DNA of 64,000 nucleotides from the human T2T-CHM13v2.0 reference genome, Homo sapiens: assembly GCF_009914755.1 (NCBI RefSeq), contig NC_060938.1, one strand, 5' to 3'. The notes under the pieces were generated by a model. That model saw only the letters and a program-made list of their open reading frames with translations. It ran no database searches and was not told the DNA's origin. Of this stretch, positions 1-14,800 are shown piece by piece (the stretch's first letter is position 1; each line of letters begins with the position of its first letter). The translations under genes were made by a program, and so were the position numbers.

Positions 1-138
1 TGGGGGTTATAAAATTGTTCCATTATGATTTATTCAAATAACCGTGGTTAAAACAAGTTACCCTGGTTTCCCATAAGGAGGAATGACTCCAATATTGGAG
101 AGAAATACCAACACTTATGTGAGGTGAGTCTCCCTTGA

Positions 139-476
<338 letters not shown>

Positions 477-1237
477 GCACTTGGGGTTTCTAGCTCATTA
501 TTCATGATCAATTCTGTTCAAAACATATGCCCAGACAACAGCCACCTTTAACTGATGTTAGGAATCTAAGGATAGAGGCTCTTAGCGAGAGCTTGGGTTA
601 AGATACTGCATTTTCTTTATTTCAGAAATAAATATGTTCCTTAGAACACAGTGATTTAGGTGTTACAGCTAAAAGAAAGCAAAAAACAACAACAACAACA
701 AAACGAACTTGTATTTCTTATCTTAGACCCTTTCTGACACCCACATGCTCTTGACATCTCTTAAAGTTGTAACTATTTGTTTATCCTCCCTTTTTCCTCA
801 CTTCCTTGCATTATGCATCCAAAACTATTTTAAAAGCCAAAACACACACACACTTTTTGTGGGTCTTTGAGTTTCCTATGCAAGAAAAGAATCTTAAAAT
901 GAGTTATAAAGAACTAAAAATCACAATTAAAAAGGAAACATAATTTTAAAACTGTGTTTGCTTGTATTATAATCCTTATTCCAAGGCAAGTATGGCCTGC
1001 ACAAACATCTGAGGATTCCATTACAAATTATATCAGTCTCAACCCATCCCGAATCCAGATCATAAACTCATAAACTGGAAAATGTGTATAGTTGAAAATG
1101 TTTGCATACCCTCTGTCCTAGAGCAGTGCTTCCATCTTAGCTTTGAAGCACAGAGACCTCCTCTTACTAAAAGATCATGAAAACTGGCAATACTGTATTG
1201 CCCAGTGTTAAAATTTGTCAGATTAATTACCCAGAGC

Positions 1238-1452
1238 CAAAGTTAGCAAACTTTTTTTCTGTAAGGGCTGGGGTGTAAGTATTTTACACTTTGAGCGTCT
1301 TACAGTCCCTGCCCTATCTCCTCAATCAGCTCTTATAATGACACATAGCAGCCATGGAAACAAATAAATGAGCAGGGCTGTGTTTTCATGAAAGTTGATT
1401 TCCAAAAGCAGAGATGGAGCTGGATTTGGCTCAGAGGTCATAGTTTACCCCA
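1238..1452. mobile_element. MER58A-like hAT-Charlie MITE
   Basis: gcaaacttttttctgtaagggc…gcagccat…ggatttggc…catagttt resembles the MER58A consensus. Confidence 0.7.
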
Positions 1453-1602
1453 ATCTAGAGAAGTCCCATAGGTTAAAAATGTGTAGTCTTTTTTTTTGTT
1501 TTTAATAGATAAGACCTTCTTGCCCATTTTATAGTCGTTCCCAACATTTGTTGAGTTCTCCACTAAGTACATGAGACCACATAGGATACAACAGGACATT
1601 AA

Positions 1603-1906
<304 letters not shown>

Positions 1907-2566
1907 CTAAAAGTTCATCTTTAAGGACATTTCCCACCTTTGTTTTAGATATGCCACTATCTCAGACATGAAACACAATAACAAACTAAACCAGGGTCAT
2001 CTCCACCCAGCTTGTACACTACATATTTGGGTAGGAGCTTAACGTCTTGCCCTTCGCTTTGCCAGTGTGTCTTCTGAGCTCCCCACCTCTGCTAGGTGTG
2101 GGCTGCATTCACCCCCAATTTTAGACCTCTTTGGCAGTAGCTTCCTTGATCTCCCGCCCACATACTGTGTCATATCCCAGTAATTCTTCCCCAAACCTTG
2201 GCTATGGGTTATTGAGCTGACAAATGTCTAAATGACTGAGATACGATTTCACAACCTGCTGAGAGCCTCTTCTTTCCCTGTACTCTTTGATTTGTAGCTT
2301 TGTAAGTTTTGTGAGGAAAGTGGGAAAAACATTCTTGGTGACACAGGCAGTGAATGAGGAGGACACAATGGAGTGGGCACCATATCTAGGACTCCTGCCT
2401 GCATTGCGAGCAAAAGCATGTATTTATATCTTAGCCCTCTGAATGTTAGAGGTAGCAGATTATACAGTATGGTGCAGGAAGGAGCATCCTATGTCCTGAG
2501 GTGAATAACGTGTTCTACCACCTGGCAGCAGATTAGACCAGATCAGGCTATGAGAATACAGGTTCA

Positions 2567-2604
2567 CAGCCAGATTTAGTACTACCAGCCAGATTTAGTA
2601 CTAC
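2567..2604. repeat. Perfect 19-bp tandem duplication (cagccagatttagtactac)x2
   Basis: Read directly: 2567-2585 equals 2586-2604. Confidence 0.95.
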
Positions 2605-2632
2605 TGCAAAAATGGCTTTTCCTTAAGAAGTT

Positions 2633-2878
2633 TTTGTTTCTAACTTTTATTTTAGGTTTATGGGTACATGTGAAGGTTTGTTACCTATGTAAACATATCA
2701 TGTGGTTTTGTTGTACATATCATTTGATCATCTAGGTATTAAGCCCAGTATCAAATAATTATCTTTTCTGCTCCCTCCATCCTCTCACCCTCCCTGCTCA
2801 AGTAGACTCCATTGTCTGTCGTTTCCTTGTGTTCCTAAGTCATCATTTAGCTCCAACTTGTTGAGAACATGCAGTATA
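2633..2878 (-). mobile_element. L1P (old L1PA/L1PB) 3' end fragment
   Basis: aacttttattttaggttt…gtacatgtgaaggtttgttac…gagaacatgcagtat is the typical antisense L1 3'UTR. Confidence 0.8.
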
Positions 2879-4933
2879 AGTTAATGCTTACTCTCTTTAA
2901 CATCTTTCACATTAGAAATCTATGGAGAAGAAATATGAAAGACTCATATATAAACATGGGGCAAACCATGAAGCTAAATCTTAATGTGTCCCAAACCCCA
3001 GAGGGAGCATAAGGTTAACTTTGGGTGGCCAGGGTGCTTAGTGATAACATTATGAGCTTTCTACATTAGCAGGGCCCCCTGGTGTGGTTTTGTGCCTGGA
3101 GATGTAAGGTTCTGAACTACAAAGGAAGCAAACAAAATGAAGAGATGATGCAAGGAGGCAAAAAAGATGGAGGCATTAGGAAAGGCTTTGAGGGCAGGAG
3201 GCACGGGGTCATCTTCTAAAATAACCTATTGGAATGCATGTTTTAATAAGCTTTGAAGATCAAAGAGATTAACAAGAACAAGAGGAAAACAAGGGTAAAT
3301 TAGGCACTATTGATGGCCTGACAAGGACTTTTTTCTCCCTTTCTGCTTACAATAACCTCTCATTTTACCATGTGGCTAGTTGGTTTGTTTACTTGTTTGT
3401 TTACACTTACTCATTACTAGCTTTCCCTATAAAGCAAGGGAAAACACTCTGTCCCCAGGGGCCAGCTGCATAATATGAATAGATGAAATAGACCAGACCA
3501 GATGCAATCTGCAGTCATGGGAACTCTGAACTGAAGAGAACCTGCCCTCATTTAAAGGCATCCAAATGAAACATTTTAAAAACGCTAAAATAAAGAGACC
3601 CCATGAAGGTCAAACAAGGCATAATCAGACACACAGTGTTTTTTATTCTTTTGTTTCTTAAATTCCTTTAAATATAGCCCTTTCATAAATTTGGCAGGAT
3701 GTGCTCTCAGTAAAATTTCTGGTTGAGTAAACTCTTGGTGACATTATCAAATTAAACAGCAATCCCTTCCAAATTCCCCTAAAGCTAAGACCTTTTTTTT
3801 TTTTTTTTTTGCATGTCTTTTTTTCTCTGATAATCCCAGAGTTTATATAACCTCAAACTATAAGCTTGATGAATTTTAGAGTTCATTGTAATGCTTTTGG
3901 TTTAGGTGACAAAACTGATGCCTACAAAGATAAACTGATTTGCTGAAGGTAATGGACCTAGTCTTTATTGGAGTTGTAATTCAATCCCAGGTGTCCTAAA
4001 TCTTTAATCCATGCCATTTTATTGATATTATATATTAAGATTTTTTTTATTGTATATCCAAAGATTTCTATTTTAAACTGAGATAACATCCAACAGAGAA
4101 TTCAGAAGTAGTATGAAATTGATTATCTTCCCTCTACTGGACATTGTTGCCATACAAGACGATATCATTGACCCACTTAGGGCTCAAATATACAACTCTG
4201 TATTATTTTAGTCACAAAGGGAACTAAGAGATTATAGACAAGTTGTGAAGCAGTTAGTGGGGACTGGAAGTCTCCTGTGGCACAGACTCAAATATATGCT
4301 CTAGTGATGTGTTCTCAGTCATGTTATCTGCCCACACAGAGGACAGATTAAGCAACCTAGAGTACTGGTTCCCAAGCTCGAATTTAAAACTAGTACCAGT
4401 CTATGCCAAAGCTTTCAGTGACCCATAGTGAAATGAGAAAAGCAAGGTCAATATGGTGAGTCTGCACAAAGTCAAACTTACAGAACTGCCCTATATTTGG
4501 ATACTGTATCATGTTTTTTTGGATGGCTAAAATCAATGTCTTTTACAAAAGCAGCATTTTGTTACTATGTATAGCATTCTTAATCAGCAAAATAAAGGTT
4601 GGCAATGGTATGTCAGTCCTTCCCTACAGTTTTTCTTTGAAGTTTTTTTCTCAGGCATTGAAAACAAACATCCGAAAAAGCAAAAAAACAAGAGTTTTAA
4701 AGTTTTAAAGTGTTCTCTATGTTGCCACATTAGATTGAGTAGATTTCAAAGACTGAAGGCCTTTTTACATGTAAAGTTTTATTGTGAACTAATAATGATG
4801 ATGTTAAGACCCATCTATTTTATTGAGGTCCCAGGAAGTTACTAGTTTAAGCATCCGTCACTTAGATAACAAGCATTAAGGTAATTTTTAATTTCAGTTA
4901 AAAAAAATAGATTAAAGGCACAAAATAGATTTC

Positions 4934-4960
4934 CAAACAAACAAACAAACAAACAAACAA
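4934..4960. repeat. (CAAA)n microsatellite
   Basis: Read directly from the sequence. Confidence 0.9.
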
Positions 4961-5533
4961 AAAAACCAAAAAAGCCACCCTAGGATAAATATAACTAGAA
5001 GGCCAAGATCAGTTTAGAAGTCTACTTAAAAAAAGACAGAAACTTCTAAGGACTGTGTGGAAAGATAATTCATGCCTATAAAAAAGTCTCTGTGCTAACT
5101 CTAGATTTTTTTCACTGTAAGCCTTGTAACAAAGGAGAGAGAGCTATTTTGGAAAGCTGAATTAGCCTACATTTGAGCTAACATGATCCATCTTTGTGTC
5201 AAGAGAAAGTCAAATATTATAGTCCCCAGCCAAAATAAGGCATGTGATCTACATCAAAGGCAATTCCTGAATGTGTATCTACAGTCCTCATCCCCTCTCC
5301 TCTTTTTTGTCTCTTGGGTAATCTATACCAATAACCTCCTGATTCATGAAATTTATTATCTAAATATTGAAAATATTACACTAAATTTAGCCTAATAAAA
5401 ATTCATGCCAAATTTACTGAGTATTTATTGGAAATCAGAGACTTAAGGTCCTGAATCAGGTGTAAGAATTGTATTATCAATAACAGACTTAACAGTGATT
5501 ATCTCTAGGTGGTGACCGATATTTTGATAATCA

Positions 5534-5779
<246 letters not shown>

Positions 5780-8129
5780 TTATTTCTTAAAATATAGAAG
5801 AGTATACTAGGAGACCAGCAAGGGAAATGTTTTAATATTTAGATACGGAAGCTTCGCCAGACCCGTAATTTTTTAAAAATAGTGAATCCTTTTTCCTGGG
5901 TTGAATTATGATGTATGGCCCTGCAAGGAAAGCTGCTGGAGGAATTCAAAGATGATGATGATGATGATATGCAGGGCTCTATATAGCTTAACACATTAGT
6001 TCCATAAGGTCAGTTCTGTTCATCAAGTGACAAATTGTCCATGGATACACCAGGTGGTAATGCAGCAGCAGTGGGCACAAGCTATCCTGTAAATGACCCA
6101 TTACCAGAAAGTTTAAAATTTCTGCTTGGAACCCAGGAACACAGATGGAACACGAAGTGGCTTTCACCAGAGTCTTGGGAATATGCTTGATCCTTTAACC
6201 CCAGCTTCGGGTGTTGTGTACATACTTAATGCCTGAACAGTTCTCATCTGTACATCTGCTGGTTAGATGAAAAGATGCAGTTGCAGACAAGTAATTTAAA
6301 ACTTTACATTCATGTCTCTCTACCTCCCTCTTCCTCTTCTGTCTCTCCCTCGATAGGATGTCCAGAAAATTAAATCAGCTGCAGATTAATTGAGACTCTC
6401 TTCCATGTAGGGAACATCTGTCACTGCAGCTACAAAGATTATATTAATGAATTAAAACATTTGATTACCTTTAATCCAAGAGAATGCAGCAGTCTCTTTA
6501 GTCATTTAGTTTATCAGGGTTTTTTGATGGTTCTTTTTTTTTCCACGTGCATCTTACGACTATAGTCCACCCCTGAAGCTGTGAGATCTTTCAGCAGATG
6601 TTGTTTTCCATATCTTTACCCTTTCCGTTGTGGAAGGGGGAAAAAGCCCTCAGAAAAGCAATTTTGGAGGAGGCAGAAAAGGTTTCCATCATGAACATAC
6701 TTTTAGAAACAGCTGGTAAAACAAATGGTCCAAGTGCAATGCCTGGAGCATATCTATTCAAACAAGGTTGTTTAAAGATAAAAGCACCCACTTCTAAATA
6801 TCAGCATTAGTAGTGATTTCCTCACATATATTTAAGAGATGGAAGAGCTTGTGAAGACTTTTTGATTTCTATTTTGTTTTCTGAGACTTCTTTAACTCTT
6901 TTGGTTTTGTTAGTATTTGAATTTATCAGAAGCTGCTCAAATTGTTAAAACTGTATCATCATATGTAAAATATATAAATTTACATATAACGGATGCATAA
7001 AGATTTGCTTTCTTATTCTAAGAATGTTCTTATTTGATAACATCTATGCATAGTCCAGAAGATTGACATGGAAAACTGATAATGTACTTAGGTATTACCA
7101 ATCCTATAACCCAATTTGTGAAAAGGTCAGGCACTCCTACTAAAGAACAAACGTTTGTATTTGTAGCATTTAAAAATCTGATTTTATTTTGTATTTGCTA
7201 CATTTGGAGTCAACCTTATCCCTTCCCTTCTAATGACTTCATTTGTTTACCAGGCTGTTTTGTTCTGCATCCTCTGCCAAATGCCATTACGTAACTTCCT
7301 TTGTCAGACCAATTGGTGAAATAATTCTTTGTGTGCTTTTTTTTTTTTTTTTTTTACGGCCGTCCAATTTTCAAATTACATGTGGATTTTCTGAGTCAGG
7401 CATTGCACAAATGCTGATTTGTTAGCTTGAACTCGATAAATGTGTGTTCACCCTATCAGTTGTCATTCATGCTGACTTCTTCCTCTACTCTCTTCACTCT
7501 GATTCTGTTTTCATTTAAGAAAATTTCAGAAGTAGTGAAGCTAGGAGAGTTAATGAGTAGCCACGTTGACCCTAGTAGGATCTTACCCATTGGAGAAAAG
7601 CCCTGTTTTAAAACGATGCACAAAGAATAAGCTTCAATGTCTTCCTCTCCTCAACCCCAGCATGGAGCACAATGCTTATGTGATACACGGAAGTGAGAAA
7701 TTTAAGAAGTGCTTCACTTTAACTTTTCTCAATAAGTAAATAAAACTGTCTTTTCTAGAGTCCAACACATCCCAAAGTGTGTGACTTTGCTATTTTACCT
7801 TAAACTGACTACTCTCTGAATAGATTTTCATGTTATATAGTCTGAGACTTTTCTTTCCATCCTGCTGGTGCTGGAAGACATGATCATAACTACTCACAAC
7901 CCAGATCTTAAAATATATATATTGTTACACTTTTATATACTTGTATTAAAGCATCAGTTAGTAAGTTTCATGGTTGTTTCTTCTGATGTAAAAGTAACTG
8001 TAGTTATAGATCCTCCAGCACATGTCACACTGAAAACCTAATCACAAAGTCAAAATATGTGCATAAATATTAGCTTGATTATGTGTCACATGTACCCCAA
8101 ATTACACATATATATACCTTCCTCAAAGA

Positions 8130-8422
8130 TTTTTTTTTTTGTGGGGGGACAGTCTCACTCTGTAATCCAGGCTAGAGTGCAGTGGTGCGATCTCGGCTCA
8201 CTGCAACCTCTGCCTCCTGGGTTCAAGCAATTTTCCTGCCTCAGGCTCCTGAGTAGCTGAGATTACAGGCACCTGCTACCATGCCCAGCTAGTTTTTATA
8301 TTTTTAGTAGAGGGGTTTCGCCATAGTGGCCAGGCTGGTCTCAAACTCCTGGCCTCAGGTGATCTGCCTGCCTTGACCTCCCAAAGTGCTGAGATTACAG
8401 ACATGAGCCGCTGTGCCCAACC
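8130..8422 (-). mobile_element. AluS (Sx/Sz-like)
   Basis: Full dimer flanked by agattttt on both sides. Confidence 0.92.
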
Positions 8423-8429
8423 TGAGATT

Positions 8430-8893
8430 TTTTTTTTAAACCTTGGATTTTCAAATAACTTTATAGTTGGAGAAAAGTTGCAAGAATAGTATATGGAATT
8501 CGTTATGTCCTTACTCAGGTTCACCAGTTGTTAACATTTGCCACATTTGCTTTACCATTCTCTATATGTGTGAGTGTACATGCACACATGAGCCATTTGA
8601 GAGTATGCATACAAAACATATTTATGTAGATATGTATTTCCCCTGAACCATTTGAAACTCAGTTGTAGTCATCATTCCTTTTTTAAATAATTCAGTGTGT
8701 ATTTCCTAACAAGGACTTTCTCTTACAAAATCAGAGTACAGTGATCAAAATCAGTAAATGTAATCTTGACACAAAATCTCACCTAGAGTACATATTCACA
8801 TTGCACCAGCGTCTGCATAATGGGCTTTGGGATTATTTTTTTCCCAGTCTGTGATCCAATCCAAGATCACACATTGCATTTAGTTGTCAAGCT
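8430..8893 (-). mobile_element. Old L1MC-type 3' fragment
   Basis: gaaaagttgcaagaatagta…ttaacatttgccacatttg…gatcacacattgcatttagttgtc resembles L1MC4/5 3' ends. Confidence 0.65.
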
Positions 8894-9159
8894 CACCAAC
8901 TTTTGAAGCATCTTCCTGATACGTTATTTTATTTCCCCATTTGTTTACTGGTCACAGACCAGTAAGAGCAAGTAAACTTCTTAAAGTCCTGCCAGGTGTG
9001 TTGGTGTAGAAGCGGGAAGATAGAGCCTGTGCTTCAGCACAGGAGGAAGATTTCAATTTTTAGAATTAAAATTATGGCAAGGAAGGACCTGTGTTTCATC
9101 TAGTATTCATTCCTTAGAGAGCACGGATATAATAGTCTGACAATGCTTTTTATTAATGT

Positions 9160-9530
9160 TTTCACTTAGCTGCAGATTGAGCATTTACTGTATGCTAAGC
9201 ACTGAGGATGCAAGAGTAAGCAAGAACAGAGATGGCCCTTGTGGGCCTAGTGGGGGACACTGTCATGTAATTAAGTGACCTCCAAATAAATGTGTGATGA
9301 CAAACGTTGATGAAGGCTATGAAGCAAAGGCACTTGGTGCCATGAGCATACCATGGTAGGACAGGTAACAAGGCAGGGGTGGGTGCTAGGAATGTAGAGA
9401 AGGATGAGGAAACCTTCTCTGAAAAAAATGATATTTGAGCAGAAGAGTGTGAAATAAGTGACAGCTAAGAGGAAGAAAAAATGCATTAGAGCTTGCAAAA
9501 AATTCTGAACATTAGAAAAAGTCAGCCATT
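9160..9530 (-). mobile_element. L2 fragment
   Basis: ttgagcatttactgtatgctaagcactg…atatttgagcagaaga resembles the L2 3' region. Confidence 0.55.
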
Positions 9531-9599
9531 TCTGGGAGAGAGTTATCTGGGAGCAGCAACTGTCTCACAGGATTTTGTCCAAAGTATAAAATAAGGAAG

Positions 9600-10289
<690 letters not shown>

Positions 10290-10296
10290 GGAATTA

Positions 10297-10872
<576 letters not shown>

Positions 10873-13800
10873 TTAGAGATGACACTTGGTAGTTCAGTGT
10901 CTTATTGTGCTTCTTCAAGCACATACAGCCTGATTGAGAGAGACTCAAGACAGCATACAAATTCTAGGCATTTTTACATCTGCCTAGCTGTAGTGAATTA
11001 GTCATACAATAATTATTTAAAGAAAGAAATGTTTCCTCCATGTTGTGCTGGAGATACAATGGTGGAGAGGAAGTGGAGATCAACTATTGATCGACTTATA
11101 ATTTACACAATTCCACACTTTGGAGAAAACACATTCCTTCTTCCTCACCATCACCCTCACCATTATAATTATTATCAATTAACTTGTTCAATATGTAATT
11201 TTGAAGTTGCCAATCATTTACCAGTGTGATTCATCATGTTAAAAGGAAATGGCTTTTACATTATTAATATTCTGCAATAAAAGTTTGGGTTTGTGTGCTT
11301 ACAGTTAGAATAAAAGAAAAATGCTTTGTACTAAGACTATGTTAATAATAATGATAATAATAAAGAAATAACACTTTCTCCAGAAAGGAAATTTCAGGAA
11401 ATCTGTTTCAGAATACCTGTCTCTACCACAAGAGCTTTCTAAGTCATGTTTTGATTGCTAACAGCATTCCAGTACTGGGTTGGAACATATGTATTCCTTC
11501 TATCAACTGAGGAACAGCAGGTTTTCTGTTATTGCCCACGCATGGTCACTCTCTGCTTATAAAAATTCATCACTTCTGCTGATTGCATTGTGTAGGATTC
11601 CTACTGATTACCATTTAGATTTGTTAAGTGACATAGCACATTTTATGGAGTCAGGAGCCAGTAACCATCAAGGTCAATAGCAGCAACCTGAATCAGTTAT
11701 AAATGAATTGTTTAATTACCCACGCATGATCAATGTGTGCACTGCCATAAAAGATTAGTTCTAGTCCCTGAATGTGTGTGTGTGCCTGTGTGTAGTTCTA
11801 AGGGATTACAGACTTCTCTGAAGTCTTCTTCATTGAAAGAGATTGCAAGTGAGTATCTTTTCAGTGGAATAGAACTGAGTTATGGTAACAACATCATCTA
11901 TACATCCAGTCTACCGTGGCCACTGAATCCAATGACTTTTTTTTTTATTAATATGAAGGTGCCTGCCTATCCAAAGCACTGCTTACTGTATTTCATTACA
12001 ATGTATTGCTTCACTCAACACACTCTGAATAGAGAAGATATGCTCTACAGCTTCAAATTCAGGCACTTCCTCCAAGCAGAGCTTGTTTATCTGTCTGCAA
12101 CACACTTGGAGCATTTGAAAGACTAGTGATGAAATCCATTCATGCTGTGAAAATGTGTTGAGCATCATGGCCGCTTCCTTTACAATGGCCTGGCATGGAC
12201 GGTTGGAGAAGGCCATTGTTACCATATAAATGACTGTCTATTTGCCTCTGGCATCACTTGTCCAGACAAGTTGCATCATTTTAAAATGAATGAAGTTCTA
12301 GGGAGCATTTTTAACTATAGTACCTTAGTTGTAACTTTGAGAGTTTTTAATAAGCTTGCAAGGAATAAATTTGGAATCTAGAGTAGTTTGTTCTATTTCT
12401 GGAAAAAAAGGAATGCTTTGTACATATGTAGGATCCTTTACCTGGCCACAGAGTTTGGTTTGAGAAGTGGACTTGACTCTGGATAGTGAACAAAATGCTT
12501 TTTCAATTTTTAAAATGGAGGCACCTTTTTTTCTGAGAGCATAGTCAGTAACTCCCCAAATGTGTGTCTCTTGTGTGATAGAGGAACCAAGTAAGAGAAT
12601 AGCTTGGTGTGTGCCTGGTTTTCTTCCACAAGTACCCAATTAGTAAAGGGGGCTTTTGCTTTTTACAAAGCATGAAAATTAGGGGTTGCCTATAGGCCTG
12701 AGAGCCCTGCCAGACAGTTGCCTAATGCCACCAGCCAGGATTATGGAAAAGAAGCCTTGGCATACTATTCAATGGCACCGATTCACCCAAATTGCAACTG
12801 AGGAAAACGTGTTCATTTTTCAAATAGAGTTTGAGTAACCATAGACACAGGCAAAGTAATCTCTCCATTTGGTCACAATGGACTAAACTACCTTGTTCTA
12901 TTGTCTACCTTCTCTCTCACTGACTCCATCAAGGCAGACTTGCTCGGTAAACTATTCAGGTGACTTTGTGAACTTTTATTTGGTGCAAGGCTCTGTTAAT
13001 AGCTGTAAGTCAGCTGTTTTTGGTCCTCCCTCTCATTCTCTTCACACTGATTGATGAAATGGGAAACAGGTTGAAGAAGCTCACTTTTTTAGATGACAAG
13101 TATTAAGTTGACAGATAAACCTTTAGGAGGTTCCAGTTCATTTCAGGAACGTGTTGACATGAGGTCTTTAAAGATCGACAGTCCTATTAGAGACCACCAG
13201 GAAATCATAAGGAAAAGAAAAATGAAGGAAATATCTAGATTCAGTAGGAAATTGGGGGTGATGAGAGAATTTTAAGAAAAACGCTTGCTTTATCACCAGC
13301 TGTGTCATTTTGTTCAAAGGGACAGGAAACTTAATACTCTCTCTGAAGCTTAACAGAACTGCAGACCTATTGCCACAGTTTTCTCTTTTGCATAATCTTG
13401 TTTAGTCACTTAAGAGCTAGTGAGTGACAGATTTCACATGAGAATTGGTCACGTACAAGAATGTTAATGCAGAACTAGGTCAGATTATGGCATTTCACAC
13501 ATGCAAGATGGGAACACGCTTCCTCTGGTTAGACAAAGGCTTGACGATTGCCCATGCATCCGGTCCTGCTTTAAAGGAAGCTCATGTAATCATGAGAACT
13601 CACAATGTATCCATAGATTTCTTAGATATCAAGTTTCTATGAGCCTAGGCATTGTGTATGGTTTTATTGTTATTTTGCCAAACGAGGGTTTTCTAGCTTC
13701 ACTTAGTATGCCTGGAGAAAGCTATTTTGGTTCGGCCCAGCTCCATCACTCTAAGAAATGATGAGGATGAGCGCTCTCAGTTTGTACCGACTACTCATGA

Positions 13801-14106
13801 GAGACTAAAAACTGATCATCTGGCTGCTGGCAACATTCCACTGCAACAGCTAATACAGTGTTTTGGAAAGATGCCGACAACAACCAGATTGCATTAAGCA
13901 CTTTACCGTTTAAGATCAGTTTTGCAGTTCAGAACTTGAAGTCAGCAGCAGATCTACCTTTTAGTTTGCAGTTTACTTTGCTCCGAGTTTTTCATGTCTT
14001 CTGTGAGCCCCCCACGTTTATCTCAGGGTGGATTCTAACACACATATGCTTATGTGAAAATTTCATAATACTTTAGTATTTAACAGGCACTTTTATATAA
14101 GTCAAT

Positions 14107-14362
14107 TGATTTCAGGACACCCCCTCGCCGCCCTGATACCAAAATCTGCAGACGCTCAAATCTCTTACATAAAATGGTGCAGTGTGTACATATAACTTAC
14201 ACACATACTTCTATATAATTTAAATAATTTCTAGAGTACTTATAATACCCAATCCAACATAGTTGTTATACTGTATTGTTTTTGTGTTTTTAATTGTAAT
14301 ATTTTCATTTACCTGCAGTTGTTGAATGAGTCGAGGGCAGGTAGATATGGAAAGCTGACTGT
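14107..14362. mobile_element. MER2-like TcMar-Tigger MITE
   Basis: gataccaaaatctgcagacgctcaa…ataaaatggtgcag…ctagagtacttataatacc matches MER2 and resembles the copy at 58197. Confidence 0.7.
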
Positions 14363-14588
14363 TACTACTTCCCTTTTACTTATATTACAATATTATCTAT
14401 GTTAGTGATGTTCATAGTTCAAGAGACACACTAAAGGAATTACAGTATGGAGTGTCTCCTAAGTTGCATTGTGGAACTAAACACTAGAGACAAGAGTCGA
14501 GCCCTGGCTCAATAGAGCCAGTAATAACTCAGTGTCTTTATGACCCTGAGCCGGTGCCTTAAATTCTCTGCAGCGTAGTTTCTTTAAA

Positions 14589-14800
14589 CGGTGGTTCTAA
14601 ACTAAGGGGACTTTTGTCCCCAGGGGACATATTGTCAATTGTCTGGAGATGTTTTTGATTGCCACAACTGGGAAGATGCTAACGGCATCTAGTGGGTAGA
14701 GGTCAGGGGTGTTGCTAAATAGCCTACAGTGCTCAGACAGCCCCCACCACAGAGAATTATCCCACCCAAAATGGCAATAGTGTAGAGGTTGAAAAATGTC
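14589..14800. mobile_element. MER20 hAT-Charlie element inserted into a MIR remnant
   Basis: MER20 motifs (ccccaggggacat…ggcatctagtgggtagagg…ccaaaatggcaatagtg), with 8-bp flanks tctttaaa / actttaaa. Confidence 0.85.

Noticed and set aside
78-129. Pseudo-exon ending in GAG|GTGAGT
   Set aside because: The acceptor is weak and there is no neurexin-like coding. Such sites are common in long introns.
11737-12126. 129-aa ORF in unique intronic sequence
   Set aside because: It has a non-ATG start, no recognisable domain and no convincing splice signals.
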